IMG/VR virus record: IMGVR_UViG_2606217100_000004
Direction: 5' to 3' (one strand)
Source: a virus
Lineage: Duplodnaviria; Heunggongvirae; Uroviricota; Caudoviricetes
DNA: 18,323 nt
Shown: positions 1-7,331 of the stretch, piece after piece
How the letters are laid out: every line of letters begins with the position of its first letter
Numbering within the stretch: the first letter of the stretch is position 1
Notes under the pieces: model-generated
What the model was told of the DNA's origin: nothing
Databases searched by the model: none
Seen by the model: only the letters and a program-made list of their open reading frames with translations
Program-made: the position numbers and the translations under genes

Positions 1-783
1 ATGAAGATCGTAAAGGCTGAAGTTTTTGTTACCTGTCCGGGGCGTAATTTCGTCACATTAAAAATCACCACTGAGGACGGTATTACGGGCCTTGGGGATG
101 CCACCCTCAATGGACGTGAGCTTTCCGTGGCCTCTTATTTGCAGGATCACCTTTGTCCGCAGCTTATTGGTCGCGATGCGCACCGTATCGAAGATATCTG
201 GCAGTTTTTCTATAAAGGTGCTTACTGGCGTCGCGGTCCGGTTACGATGTCGGCCATTTCAGCGGTTGATATGGCGCTGTGGGATATTAAAGCCAAAGCT
301 GCCAACATGCCGCTTTACCAGTTACTCGGCGGCGCGTCTCGTGAAGGGGTGATGGTTTATTGCCATACCACCGGTCACAGTATTGATGAAGCTCTGGATG
401 ATTATGCCCGTCATCAGGAGCTGGGATTCAAAGCCATCCGCGTGCAGTGCGGAATCCCTGGTATGAAAACCACCTACGGCATGTCGAAAGGTAAAGGTCT
501 GGCTTATGAACCCGCAACCAAAGGACAGTGGCCGGAAGAGCAGCTGTGGTCGACGGAGAAATACCTCGATTTCATGCCGAAATTGTTTGACGCGGTACGT
601 AACAAGTTTGGTTTTAATGAACATTTGCTGCATGACATGCACCATCGCTTAACGCCTATTGAAGCGGCGCGCTTTGGTAAAAGCATTGAAGATTATCGCA
701 TGTTCTGGATGGAAGACCCGACGCCTGCAGAAAACCAGGAATGCTTCCGTCTCATTCGCCAACATAGCGGAACTGTTTGCTGA
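1..783 (+). CDS. rspA: Starvation-sensing protein RspA (enolase-superfamily D-mannonate dehydratase family), 5' portion only; frame ends prematurely at a junction with prophage DNA
   Basis: ORF starts at nt 1 ([30 protein letters not shown]...), which I recognise as RspA. Full-length proteins of this family are about 400 aa; here the frame stops after 260 aa and the last residues (SGTVC) look junction-derived. Confidence 0.8.
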   Translation: MKIVKAEVFVTCPGRNFVTLKITTEDGITGLGDATLNGRELSVASYLQDHLCPQLIGRDAHRIEDIWQFFYKGAYWRRGPVTMSAISAVDMALWDIKAKAANMPLYQLLGGASREGVMVYCHTTGHSIDEALDDYARHQELGFKAIRVQCGIPGMKTTYGMSKGKGLAYEPATKGQWPEEQLWSTEKYLDFMPKLFDAVRNKFGFNEHLLHDMHHRLTPIEAARFGKSIEDYRMFWMEDPTPAENQECFRLIRQHSGTVC

Positions 784-847
784 GAACACCGTGCGGTGTC
801 TTGATGGAAAGTAATTTAGAATAACCTAACACGAGAGGCAAGTGTTT

Positions 848-867
848 TTGTTAGATTTGTCTAACAA
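848..867. promoter_or_regulatory. Perfect 8-4-8 palindrome TTGTTAGA-tttg-TCTAACAA, candidate DicA-type operator downstream of dicA
   Basis: Read directly from the sequence. The same half-sites recur at 1360-1377 in the dicA-dicC intergenic region. Confidence 0.5.
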
Positions 868-902
868 AAAGGGTGGGCGCAACTAATCACTTGAAAAGAA
901 TG

Positions 903-1310
903 TTATTTTATTGATTTATTTTTACGCGCTTTAAGCATTTCTTCGAAGAGTTTGTTGAAGTTTTCTACTCTTGAGCGCATTTCAGACAGTAAGGCTTCCT
1001 GCTCGGAAGATGGAAGAGCATCGAATAATTCGATCAATTCTTTGTGGTTGGGAGTTAGCTCTGTTTCCACATGTAGTTCTTGTGCAGGCACTGGTGCCTT
1101 GTCTTCGTCACCAAACATTAGCCATGTAGGTGAGCACTTCAGAGCATCCGCTAAAGCAAACAATCGTTTTCCGACTGGCTGGGTTTCGTCTCTTTCCCAT
1201 TGTGAAATTGTGACGTGAGCAACTCCAGCGAGGCGCGCAGCTTCTCGTTGTGTTAAGCGTAATTCTTTTCGTCGCGCCAGAACTCGCTGGCCTAGGGTTC
1301 TTGTATCCAT
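903..1310 (-). CDS. dicA: DicA-like HTH (XRE-family) prophage repressor
   Basis: 135-aa ORF with an N-terminal HTH (LRLTQREAARLAGVAHVTISQWERDETQP) and a C-terminus (VENFNKLFEEMLKARK) closely resembling K-12 DicA as I recall it. Divergent from a Cro-like gene. Confidence 0.8.
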   Translation of the reverse strand: MDTRTLGQRVLARRKELRLTQREAARLAGVAHVTISQWERDETQPVGKRLFALADALKCSPTWLMFGDEDKAPVPAQELHVETELTPNHKELIELFDALPSSEQEALLSEMRSRVENFNKLFEEMLKARKNKSIK

Positions 1311-1332
1311 AGTTAGGTAATTCTAATTTTTC

Positions 1333-1377
1333 TTGACTTAGGTATCCCGCGCACAATAATGTTAGAAAAGTCTAACA
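1333..1377 (+). promoter_or_regulatory. Candidate dicC promoter (-35 TTGACT 1333-1338, 17-bp spacer, -10 ATAATG 1356-1361) overlapped by a palindromic operator TGTTAGA-aaag-TCTAACA (1360-1377)
   Basis: Near-consensus sigma70 hexamers with 17-bp spacing seen directly. The palindrome shares its half-sites with 848-867. Confidence 0.5.
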
Positions 1378-1387
1378 ATAGGGGGCT

Positions 1388-1618
1388 TTGATGCTTAAAG
1401 TTGACGCAATTACTTTTTTTGGCAGCAAAACAAAGCTTGCCAATGCCGCAGGAGTGAGGCTGGCAAGTGTTGCTGCTTGGGGGATACTGGTTCCTGAAGG
1501 TCGCGCGATGCGTCTACAGGAGGCATCTGGCGGGGAGCTTCAGTATGATCCCAAAGTTTATGACGAATATCGTAAGACGAAGCGGGCGGGGCGGTTGAAC
1601 AATGAAAATCACTCCTGA
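1388..1618 (+). CDS. dicC: DicC-like (Cro-type) small regulator
   Basis: 76-aa ORF divergent from dicA. The C-terminal half (LVPEGRAMRLQEASGGELQYDPKVYDEY) matches my recollection of DicC. Confidence 0.75.
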   Translation: MMLKVDAITFFGSKTKLANAAGVRLASVAAWGILVPEGRAMRLQEASGGELQYDPKVYDEYRKTKRAGRLNNENHS

Positions 1619-2123
1619 ACAGGCTCGTGAGGCTCTGGATGCCTGGATATGTCGACCAGGAATGACACAGGAGCAGGCGACGATATTAATCACTGAAGCA
1701 TTCTGGGCTTTGAAAGAGCGCCCGAACATCGATGTTCAGCGTGTCACAGATGAAGGTGGCGCGGTTGATCAGCGAGCACTTGGCGTTAATCGAGTGAAGA
1801 TATTCGAACGCTGGAAGGCTATCGACACCAGGGATAAGCGTGAAAAGTTCACGGCGCTAGTGCCTGCAATTATGGAGGCTATCCGGATTAATGATTTCAG
1901 GTTGTATCGTGAAATTAGTGACGGAAAAAGCATCACGTACATGATCGCCGGGTTAAACAAAGAATATGGCGATGTGGTGGAGTCCGGACTGCTTTTTGCT
2001 GATCCTGCCGTAGTGGATCGTGAAACTGACGAACTTATAGAAAAAGCAATTGCTTTCAAACTTGCGTATCGACAGCAATACCAACAAAAAGCTGGATGGA
2101 ATTATGAGCCTTCTTTTTGCTGA
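1602..2123 (+). CDS. Hypothetical prophage early-region protein (possibly YdaT-like)
   Basis: 173-aa ORF whose start overlaps the dicC stop, in the position of a cII or YdaT-type gene. Family assignment is not verified. Confidence 0.5.
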   Translation: MKITPEQAREALDAWICRPGMTQEQATILITEAFWALKERPNIDVQRVTDEGGAVDQRALGVNRVKIFERWKAIDTRDKREKFTALVPAIMEAIRINDFRLYREISDGKSITYMIAGLNKEYGDVVESGLLFADPAVVDRETDELIEKAIAFKLAYRQQYQQKAGWNYEPSFC

Positions 2124-3069
2124 ACGCCCACTGGTTATAAACACACAGCTTGCGATGAAGATTGGCTTAAATGAAGCCATTGTGTTGCAGCAGTTGCATT
2201 ACTGGTTGAGAGATACCAATTCCGGCATGGAATGTGATGGTGTTCGCTGGATTTACAACACAACGGAACAATGGCTGGAACAGTTCCCATTCTGGTCAGA
2301 GTCAACGTTAAAGCGCGCGTTTGCAAGTCTGAAAACGCTGGGGCTTTTGCGTTGTGAAAAGCTCAATAAATCAAAGCGCGATATGACCAATTTCTACACG
2401 ATTAACTATGGGAGCGAGCTTTTAGATGATGGCAAATTGAGCGAATCCATCGGTTCAAAATGCGCCGCTCCATCAGGTCAAAATGACACGATGGAAGAGG
2501 TCAAAATGAAACGCTCCATTGGTTCAAAACGACCCAATGTCATCGGGTCAAAATGGCCCGATGATCCTACAGAGAATACAACAGAGATTACTACAGAGAA
2601 TAAAAACACTTTTCGTCCGGAAGCTTCGCAACCGGACCCGCAGACGGCTGAACAGGATTTTTTAATCCGGCACCCTGGCGCAGTTGTGTTTAGTGCGAAA
2701 AAACGCCAGTGGGGTAGCCAGGAGGATCTGGCGTGTGCGCAGTGGATATGGTGGCGGATCGTGGGTCTCTACGAACAGGCCGCCAGTGATGATGGCGAGA
2801 TCATGCGACCAAAAGAGCCTAACTGGACTGTCTGGGCCAATGATGTGCGCACAATGCGGATGCTGGATGGCAGAAGCCACAGACAAATTTGTGAAATGTT
2901 TGGTCGGGTACAGCGGGATCCATTCTGGGTAAAAAACATCATGAGCCCGTCAAAGCTCCGCGAAAAATGGGACGAACTGGTCATCCGCCTGGGGCGTTCA
3001 CCTGTACAGCGTTGTGTTAATCATATTTCTGAACCGGATACAGAAATTCCGCCTGGTTTCAGAGGATAA
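2104..3069 (+). CDS. Phage replication initiator (O-like replisome organiser with an iteron-encoding linker and a DnaT-like C-terminal region)
   Basis: ATG at 2104 is preferred over TTG at 2050 because it overlaps the upstream stop by only 20 nt. The N-terminal winged-HTH-like region resembles phage replication organisers, and the gene body contains five iteron-like repeats. Confidence 0.65.
   Translation: MSLLFAERPLVINTQLAMKIGLNEAIVLQQLHYWLRDTNSGMECDGVRWIYNTTEQWLEQFPFWSESTLKRAFASLKTLGLLRCEKLNKSKRDMTNFYTINYGSELLDDGKLSESIGSKCAAPSGQNDTMEEVKMKRSIGSKRPNVIGSKWPDDPTENTTEITTENKNTFRPEASQPDPQTAEQDFLIRHPGAVVFSAKKRQWGSQEDLACAQWIWWRIVGLYEQAASDDGEIMRPKEPNWTVWANDVRTMRMLDGRSHRQICEMFGRVQRDPFWVKNIMSPSKLREKWDELVIRLGRSPVQRCVNHISEPDTEIPPGFRG
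2445..2608. repeat. Candidate prophage origin of replication: five iterons (core GGTYCAAAAYG) at about 23-bp spacing, followed by short ACAGAGA direct repeats
   Basis: Iteron cores at 2452-2462, 2476-2485, 2499-2508, 2521-2531 and 2546-2555, each preceded by TCCATYRG-like sequence. ACAGAGAATA/ACAGAGATTA repeats lie at 2568-2608. The layout matches lambda-type ori inside the O gene. Confidence 0.6.
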
Positions 3070-3109
3070 GTTTTGATTTCAGGTCATGAGGTAATTTTAA
3101 GGGGGACTT

Positions 3110-3511
3110 GTGGCAAAAGTTTTTACACAAGAAGAGCGGGAAAAAATTAAAGGGCAGGTGGTGGAACTCGTGCGCCAGAGCGGTCGTGAGACGTTACGGC
3201 AACTGGAAGCTAAAACAGGTGCGACTAGATATCTGATGAGCGTTCTTGCCAGAGAGCTGGTAGCCAGTGGCGATGTATACAACTCCGGCTACGGGTTATT
3301 CCCGTCTGAACAGGCGCGTAAGGACTGGCAAAACGCCCGCAAAAAACTCTCGAGGGCAAAGGTGAAGAAAACAGCTGTGGTTGATCCGGACCTTATCTGG
3401 TCGTTACCTGATGGAGAAATACGTCGCTACGACAGTCGCCTAAACATAATCTGTCGCGAGTGCCGGATGAGTGAAGTTATGCAGCGCATACTGGCATTTT
3501 ATCAGGGATAA
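3110..3511 (+). CDS. Hypothetical prophage protein with a possible HTH
   Basis: 133-aa ORF with a GTG start at 3110 and a strong SD (AAGGGGGAC) upstream. Composition matches the phage backbone, not the AT-rich retron. Confidence 0.5.
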   Translation: MAKVFTQEEREKIKGQVVELVRQSGRETLRQLEAKTGATRYLMSVLARELVASGDVYNSGYGLFPSEQARKDWQNARKKLSRAKVKKTAVVDPDLIWSLPDGEIRRYDSRLNIICRECRMSEVMQRILAFYQG

Positions 3512-3778
3512 TGTTAGGTATTTTAGACGTTACTAGATTAAAAAGCATTAGTTCAGGAGTGAATTGACATTCTCATTTTTCATGGCACAGGGTAGATCTG
3601 GCGTGGTTGTCCGCTTTGTGCCAGAGGCGGACGTTGTTAAAATAGAAAATATCCCAACCTTGTATGAGTCGTGCAATAATTTCGAACTTTATACAAAGCT
3701 TTGGTTGTAAAGGTGTATAACCACAAGTGACATTAATCACATTTGTAAAGGCAAAATGCAACAAACTGAATTAGTTAA

Positions 3779-3806
3779 TTGCGTAAATTTGAAGTTATGT
3801 TAAGGT
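3779..3806 (+). promoter_or_regulatory. Candidate retron promoter (-35 TTGCGT 3779-3784, 16-bp spacer, -10 TAAGGT 3801-3806)
   Basis: The hexamers place a transcription start at about 3813, coinciding with the first base of the a1 inverted repeat. Motif-level evidence only. Confidence 0.3.
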
Positions 3807-3812
3807 GGTGAT

Positions 3813-3945
3813 GGTTTATGGGCAGATTTTGGGTCGCGTTTCGCGATCAGTGAAAAAAATGTCCGATAGGATTGCCTTTCAGGATCTCATGTTCCTCGCA
3901 TTTCTTAAGGTTCTTGTCAAGTTTGCGTAAGAGTGCCCATAAACC
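3813..3945 (+). ncRNA. Candidate retron msr-msd (template for msDNA), bounded by a1/a2 inverted repeats
   Basis: Perfect 12-nt inverted repeat: GGTTTATGGGCA (3813-3824) and TGCCCATAAACC (3934-3945). A G follows a1 at 3825 (candidate branching G), and a2 ends 19 nt before the RT start codon. The 133-nt span is a plausible size for an msr-msd. Exact ends are not determined. Confidence 0.45.
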
Positions 3946-3964
3946 CTTTTAGAGGCGATCTAAA

Positions 3965-5800
3965 GTGAAACGACTACAATCATTAAAAGAAGCAAAAACA
4001 AAACCAGACTTGGCTAAGCTATTAGGAATCAAACCTTCAGCGTTAACATACTGCCTATATGTATTAAAACCTGAAAATCAATACACACAGTTTAAGATAC
4101 CAAAAAAAAATGGCGGCGAACGGATAATAAGTGCACCTAACGGAATATTAAAGACGATACAGTCATCCTTATCAGGACTGCTTCTAGATTGCTTAGACGA
4201 AATAGTTTGCATTAAGTTTCCAGACTCAGAGTTAGCAAGGCAGAAAGCAAAAAACTCAAAAATATTAAAGTTAAAATGTTCCAACTCAGAAATCAAACAA
4301 CCCTCACTGTCTCATGGATTTGAAAGAAAGCGTTCAATTATTACAAATGCAATGATGCATTTGGGGAAAAAATATGTTTTTAATATAGACTTGGATAATT
4401 TTTTCGGCAGTTTTAACTTTGGTAGAGTCCGAGGTTTTTTCATAAAAAATAGAAACTTTGCACTCGATCCGGAAATCGCAACTGTAATTGCTAAAATTGC
4501 GTGCTACAACAATGAACTACCCCAAGGCAGCCCATGCTCCCCAGTAATCACTAATCTAATCATTCACTCGTTAGACATTAAACTGGCAGCGATTGCATCA
4601 AGAAACTCATCCACTTTTACAAGATATGCTGATGATATTACATTCTCTACGAGGAAGGGGGCGTTTCCTTCTGCTATAGCAAAAAATCAAAATGGTAAAT
4701 ATATCGTTAGTAAGAAAATTAGGGGCGAGATAACTCGCTCAGGTTTTATAATTAATGATGGGAAGACAAGAAATCAGTATAAAGACTCGAGGCAAGATGT
4801 AACAGGCTTAGTGGTTAATAAAAAGCCAAACACGAAAAAAGAATATTGGAGGCTTGTGCGTGCGCAATGTGACCATTTATTTAAACATGGTGAGTTCTTA
4901 GAGGTGATTGACGGCAAGGAAATAAAGGGGAATGTTAATAGCCTTGCAGGCAAACTTAACTTCATAGACCAAGTTGACCACTATAATAGATTGCGTCAAG
5001 GCGAAAAATTAAATCCAAAATATCACTTAAAAAAAGATGCCAATAAAAATGGCCATGCCAAAAAAAGGCGTTACTTGCATAGTTCTAGAGAAAAAACGTT
5101 TAGTGAGTTTCTCTTCTATCGTTTATTTTATGGCAATGAATTACCAACAATTCTTACGGAAGGTAAAACTGACAATATTTATCTGAAGGCAGCAATACAT
5201 AAGTTAGCCTCATCATTCCCTAATTTGGCGGTAGCTGAAAGTCCAGGGCTCTCTTATAAGCCACGGACTAAATTTGTTAACTACAATGAGCGGACAAAAT
5301 ATTTACTTGAACTTTATGGTGGCGCTGATTATTTAAAGGATTTTGTTATTCATTATAAACAACACTTTAATCGTTATAAGGCTCCCAAACCATCTAATCC
5401 AGTAATTATACTTGTTGATAATGATAGCGGACCAAAAGATCTGATTAATTACGTTAGTAAAGTTGATAATATTGGTATTTTCCCCACAGGTGTTCCAGAT
5501 ATCCGCGCCTCTGAGTTTGTACATATTTTTTGTAATCTTTATTTAGTGCTTACCCCTCAAGTTAAGGGATATACAGGAACTGATATAGAGCATTTTTTTA
5601 AAGATGCAGATCGACTTAGACCACATAAAGGTAAGTTTTTCAATACAGTCTCTAAGCGTGATCATGATAATGATTTGAGCAAGGAATCTTTCGCAACTCA
5701 TATTGTTCATGCCCACAAGCATGAAATTGATTTTAGTGGATTTACAAGCCTGTTAGAACGGTTAGTAAAAGTCATAAATCACTTTGACACTGTTAAGTAA
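3965..5800 (+). CDS. Retron-type reverse transcriptase fused to a C-terminal TOPRIM-like domain (Retron-Eco2/Ec67-like)
   Basis: 611-aa ORF with a GTG start. RT motifs appear in order: NAMMH (NAxxH), NIDLDNFF, LPQGSPCSP, YADD (nt 4625-4636), VTGLVVN (VTG). The C-terminal part has TEGKTD (E codon 5159-5161) and VDNDSG (DxD), the TOPRIM E...DxD signature. The gene is strongly AT-rich compared with its flanks. Confidence 0.85.
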   Translation: MKRLQSLKEAKTKPDLAKLLGIKPSALTYCLYVLKPENQYTQFKIPKKNGGERIISAPNGILKTIQSSLSGLLLDCLDEIVCIKFPDSELARQKAKNSKILKLKCSNSEIKQPSLSHGFERKRSIITNAMMHLGKKYVFNIDLDNFFGSFNFGRVRGFFIKNRNFALDPEIATVIAKIACYNNELPQGSPCSPVITNLIIHSLDIKLAAIASRNSSTFTRYADDITFSTRKGAFPSAIAKNQNGKYIVSKKIRGEITRSGFIINDGKTRNQYKDSRQDVTGLVVNKKPNTKKEYWRLVRAQCDHLFKHGEFLEVIDGKEIKGNVNSLAGKLNFIDQVDHYNRLRQGEKLNPKYHLKKDANKNGHAKKRRYLHSSREKTFSEFLFYRLFYGNELPTILTEGKTDNIYLKAAIHKLASSFPNLAVAESPGLSYKPRTKFVNYNERTKYLLELYGGADYLKDFVIHYKQHFNRYKAPKPSNPVIILVDNDSGPKDLINYVSKVDNIGIFPTGVPDIRASEFVHIFCNLYLVLTPQVKGYTGTDIEHFFKDADRLRPHKGKFFNTVSKRDHDNDLSKESFATHIVHAHKHEIDFSGFTSLLERLVKVINHFDTVK

Positions 5801-6361
5801 TATTATGATGCGCACTGATTATTCCTTATTCAGCTAAAATTTCTACTGTAGTCCCAACTTCCGTTCCTCGCTCAAAGCGGACTAAAAGGTTAGCTTGTGT
5901 CGGACTTTGCGTATTAAAAGAAGTGCTGGTGGTGACTAGTGGTTGAGCCCCATTTCCACAGAAAAAATCAGAGAAACTATACCCAATAGTTGTATTGAAT
6001 CACTGACGAGACAGCCTCATATTCATCAGGACTGGTGTACGTCCAATACAGGAGGTTGTGGTGCTGGTTCTCAAATGTGCGCTGGCTATTACGGCTGTAA
6101 TGGCGATTTATTGTCTTGCTATTGTTCTTATGGATCGCCTTTCTGACTGATTTCATATTGGCGAGGTAACGGTAGTTAAGTAGAATGGCTGCGGGTGCTT
6201 GAGGCTATCTGCCTCGGGCATGAACACCAAAGGCAGATAGAGAAAAGCCCCAGTTAACATTACGCGTCCTGCAAGACGCTTAACATTAATCTGAGGCCAA
6301 TTTCATGCTAGACACATGTAGGTTAGCCTCTTACGTGCCGGAAGGCAAGGAGAAGCAGGCT

Positions 6362-6517
6362 ATGAAGCAGCAAAAGGCGATGTTAATCGCCCTGATCGTC
6401 ATCTGTTTAACCGTCATAGTGACGGCACTGGTAACGAGGAAAGACCTCTGCGAGGTACGAATCCGAACCGGCCAGACGGAGGTCGCTGTCTTCACAGCTT
6501 ACGAACCTGAGGAGTAA
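6362..6517 (+). CDS. hokD: Hok-family membrane toxin (HokD/RelF-like); in-frame upstream extension from 6305
   Basis: MKQQKAMLIALIVICLTVIVTALVTRKDLCEVRIRTGQTEVAVFTAYEPEE: a 51-aa single-TM Hok peptide with an AGGAGA SD upstream. A 3' fold-back hairpin and a terminator follow. Confidence 0.85.
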   Translation: MKQQKAMLIALIVICLTVIVTALVTRKDLCEVRIRTGQTEVAVFTAYEPEE

Positions 6518-6585
6518 GAGACCCGGCGAGGGAGAAATCCCTCGCCACCTCTGATGTGGCAGGCATCCTCAACGCACCCGCACTT

Positions 6586-6612
6586 AACCCGCTTCGGCGG
6601 GTTTTTGTTTTT
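6586..6612 (+). terminator. Intrinsic terminator downstream of hokD
   Basis: Stem CCCGC/GCGGG with a TTCG loop, followed by TTTTTGTTTTT. Confidence 0.6.
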
Positions 6613-6733
6613 ATTTTCAACGCGTTTGAAGTTCTGGACGGTGCCGGAATAGAATCAAAAATACTTAAGTAGCGCGCAGGGATAAGAGGGATGGTCCCTT
6701 AAAGGGGAGAGCTAATTATCCGGAAGGATTCTG

Positions 6734-6985
6734 ATGATGAACATCGAAGAACTGCGTAAAATTTTTTGTGAAGATGGCCTCTATGCTGTGTGCGTTGAAA
6801 ATGGAAATCTTGTTAGTCATTACCGCATTATGTGTTTGCGAAAGAATGGGGCTGCGTTAATTAATTTTGTGGATGGTCGAGTGACAGACGGATTTATCTT
6901 GCGCGAAGGTGAGTTTGTCACTTCATTACAGGCACTGAAAGAGATCGGAATAAAAGCAGGCTTTTCAGCTTTTGCAGAAGAATAA
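6734..6985 (+). CDS. rem: Rem-like small prophage protein
   Basis: 83-aa ORF (MMNIEELRKIFCEDGLYAVCVENGN...) with a GGAAGGA SD, lying between hokD and the DUF968 gene as in Qin-type prophages. Confidence 0.65.
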   Translation: MMNIEELRKIFCEDGLYAVCVENGNLVSHYRIMCLRKNGAALINFVDGRVTDGFILREGEFVTSLQALKEIGIKAGFSAFAEE

Positions 6986-7051
6986 ACTCATCTACAATCT
7001 TGCGCGGGGCTGAACTCCCGCTGAGTAACACCGTGCCACCGGAGAAAACCG

Positions 7052-7330
7052 ATGGCACGCAACGTAAAATATTACAATTCTGATAATTCGCCCGTTCTTG
7101 TCTGCACGCACGAGCGGTATTCTCACGCATTCAAGTCTGAATGGTTCCAACACCCTCCATGCACTGAAGAGCAGGCTGAATGGATAATTCAGTGTTACCG
7201 CAGGCGCGGATACGAGGTTAAGAAAGCCCTTAGCCTCGACTACCGTCACTGGATAATCTCAGTCAGATTGCCTTACTCCGAACGCCCACCACGTGCGTCC
7301 CGCACTTTCCAGCAACGGATCTGGAGGTAA
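7052..7330 (+). CDS. Hypothetical prophage protein
   Basis: 92-aa ORF with a GGAGAAAA SD; its stop overlaps the SD of the next gene, suggesting translational coupling. Confidence 0.45.
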   Translation: MARNVKYYNSDNSPVLVCTHERYSHAFKSEWFQHPPCTEEQAEWIIQCYRRRGYEVKKALSLDYRHWIISVRLPYSERPPRASRTFQQRIWR

Positions 7331-7331
7331 C

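Noticed and set aside
2050-2103. Upstream TTG start for the replication initiator (track ORF begins at 2050)
   Set aside because: It would overlap the preceding gene by 74 nt; the ATG at 2104 gives a typical short overlap. The longer form cannot be excluded.
3573-3764. 63-aa minus-strand ORF inside the retron upstream region
   Set aside because: No RBS, and it lies antisense in the AT-rich non-coding leader; likely a chance ORF.
5943-6146. 67-aa Cys/Gly-rich ORF (…GGCGAGSQMCAGYYGCNGDLLSCYCSYGSPF) that could suggest a microcin-like peptide
   Set aside because: It starts with TTG, has no convincing SD, matches no family I recognise, and lies in the structured region upstream of hokD where Hok mRNA and antisense elements are expected.
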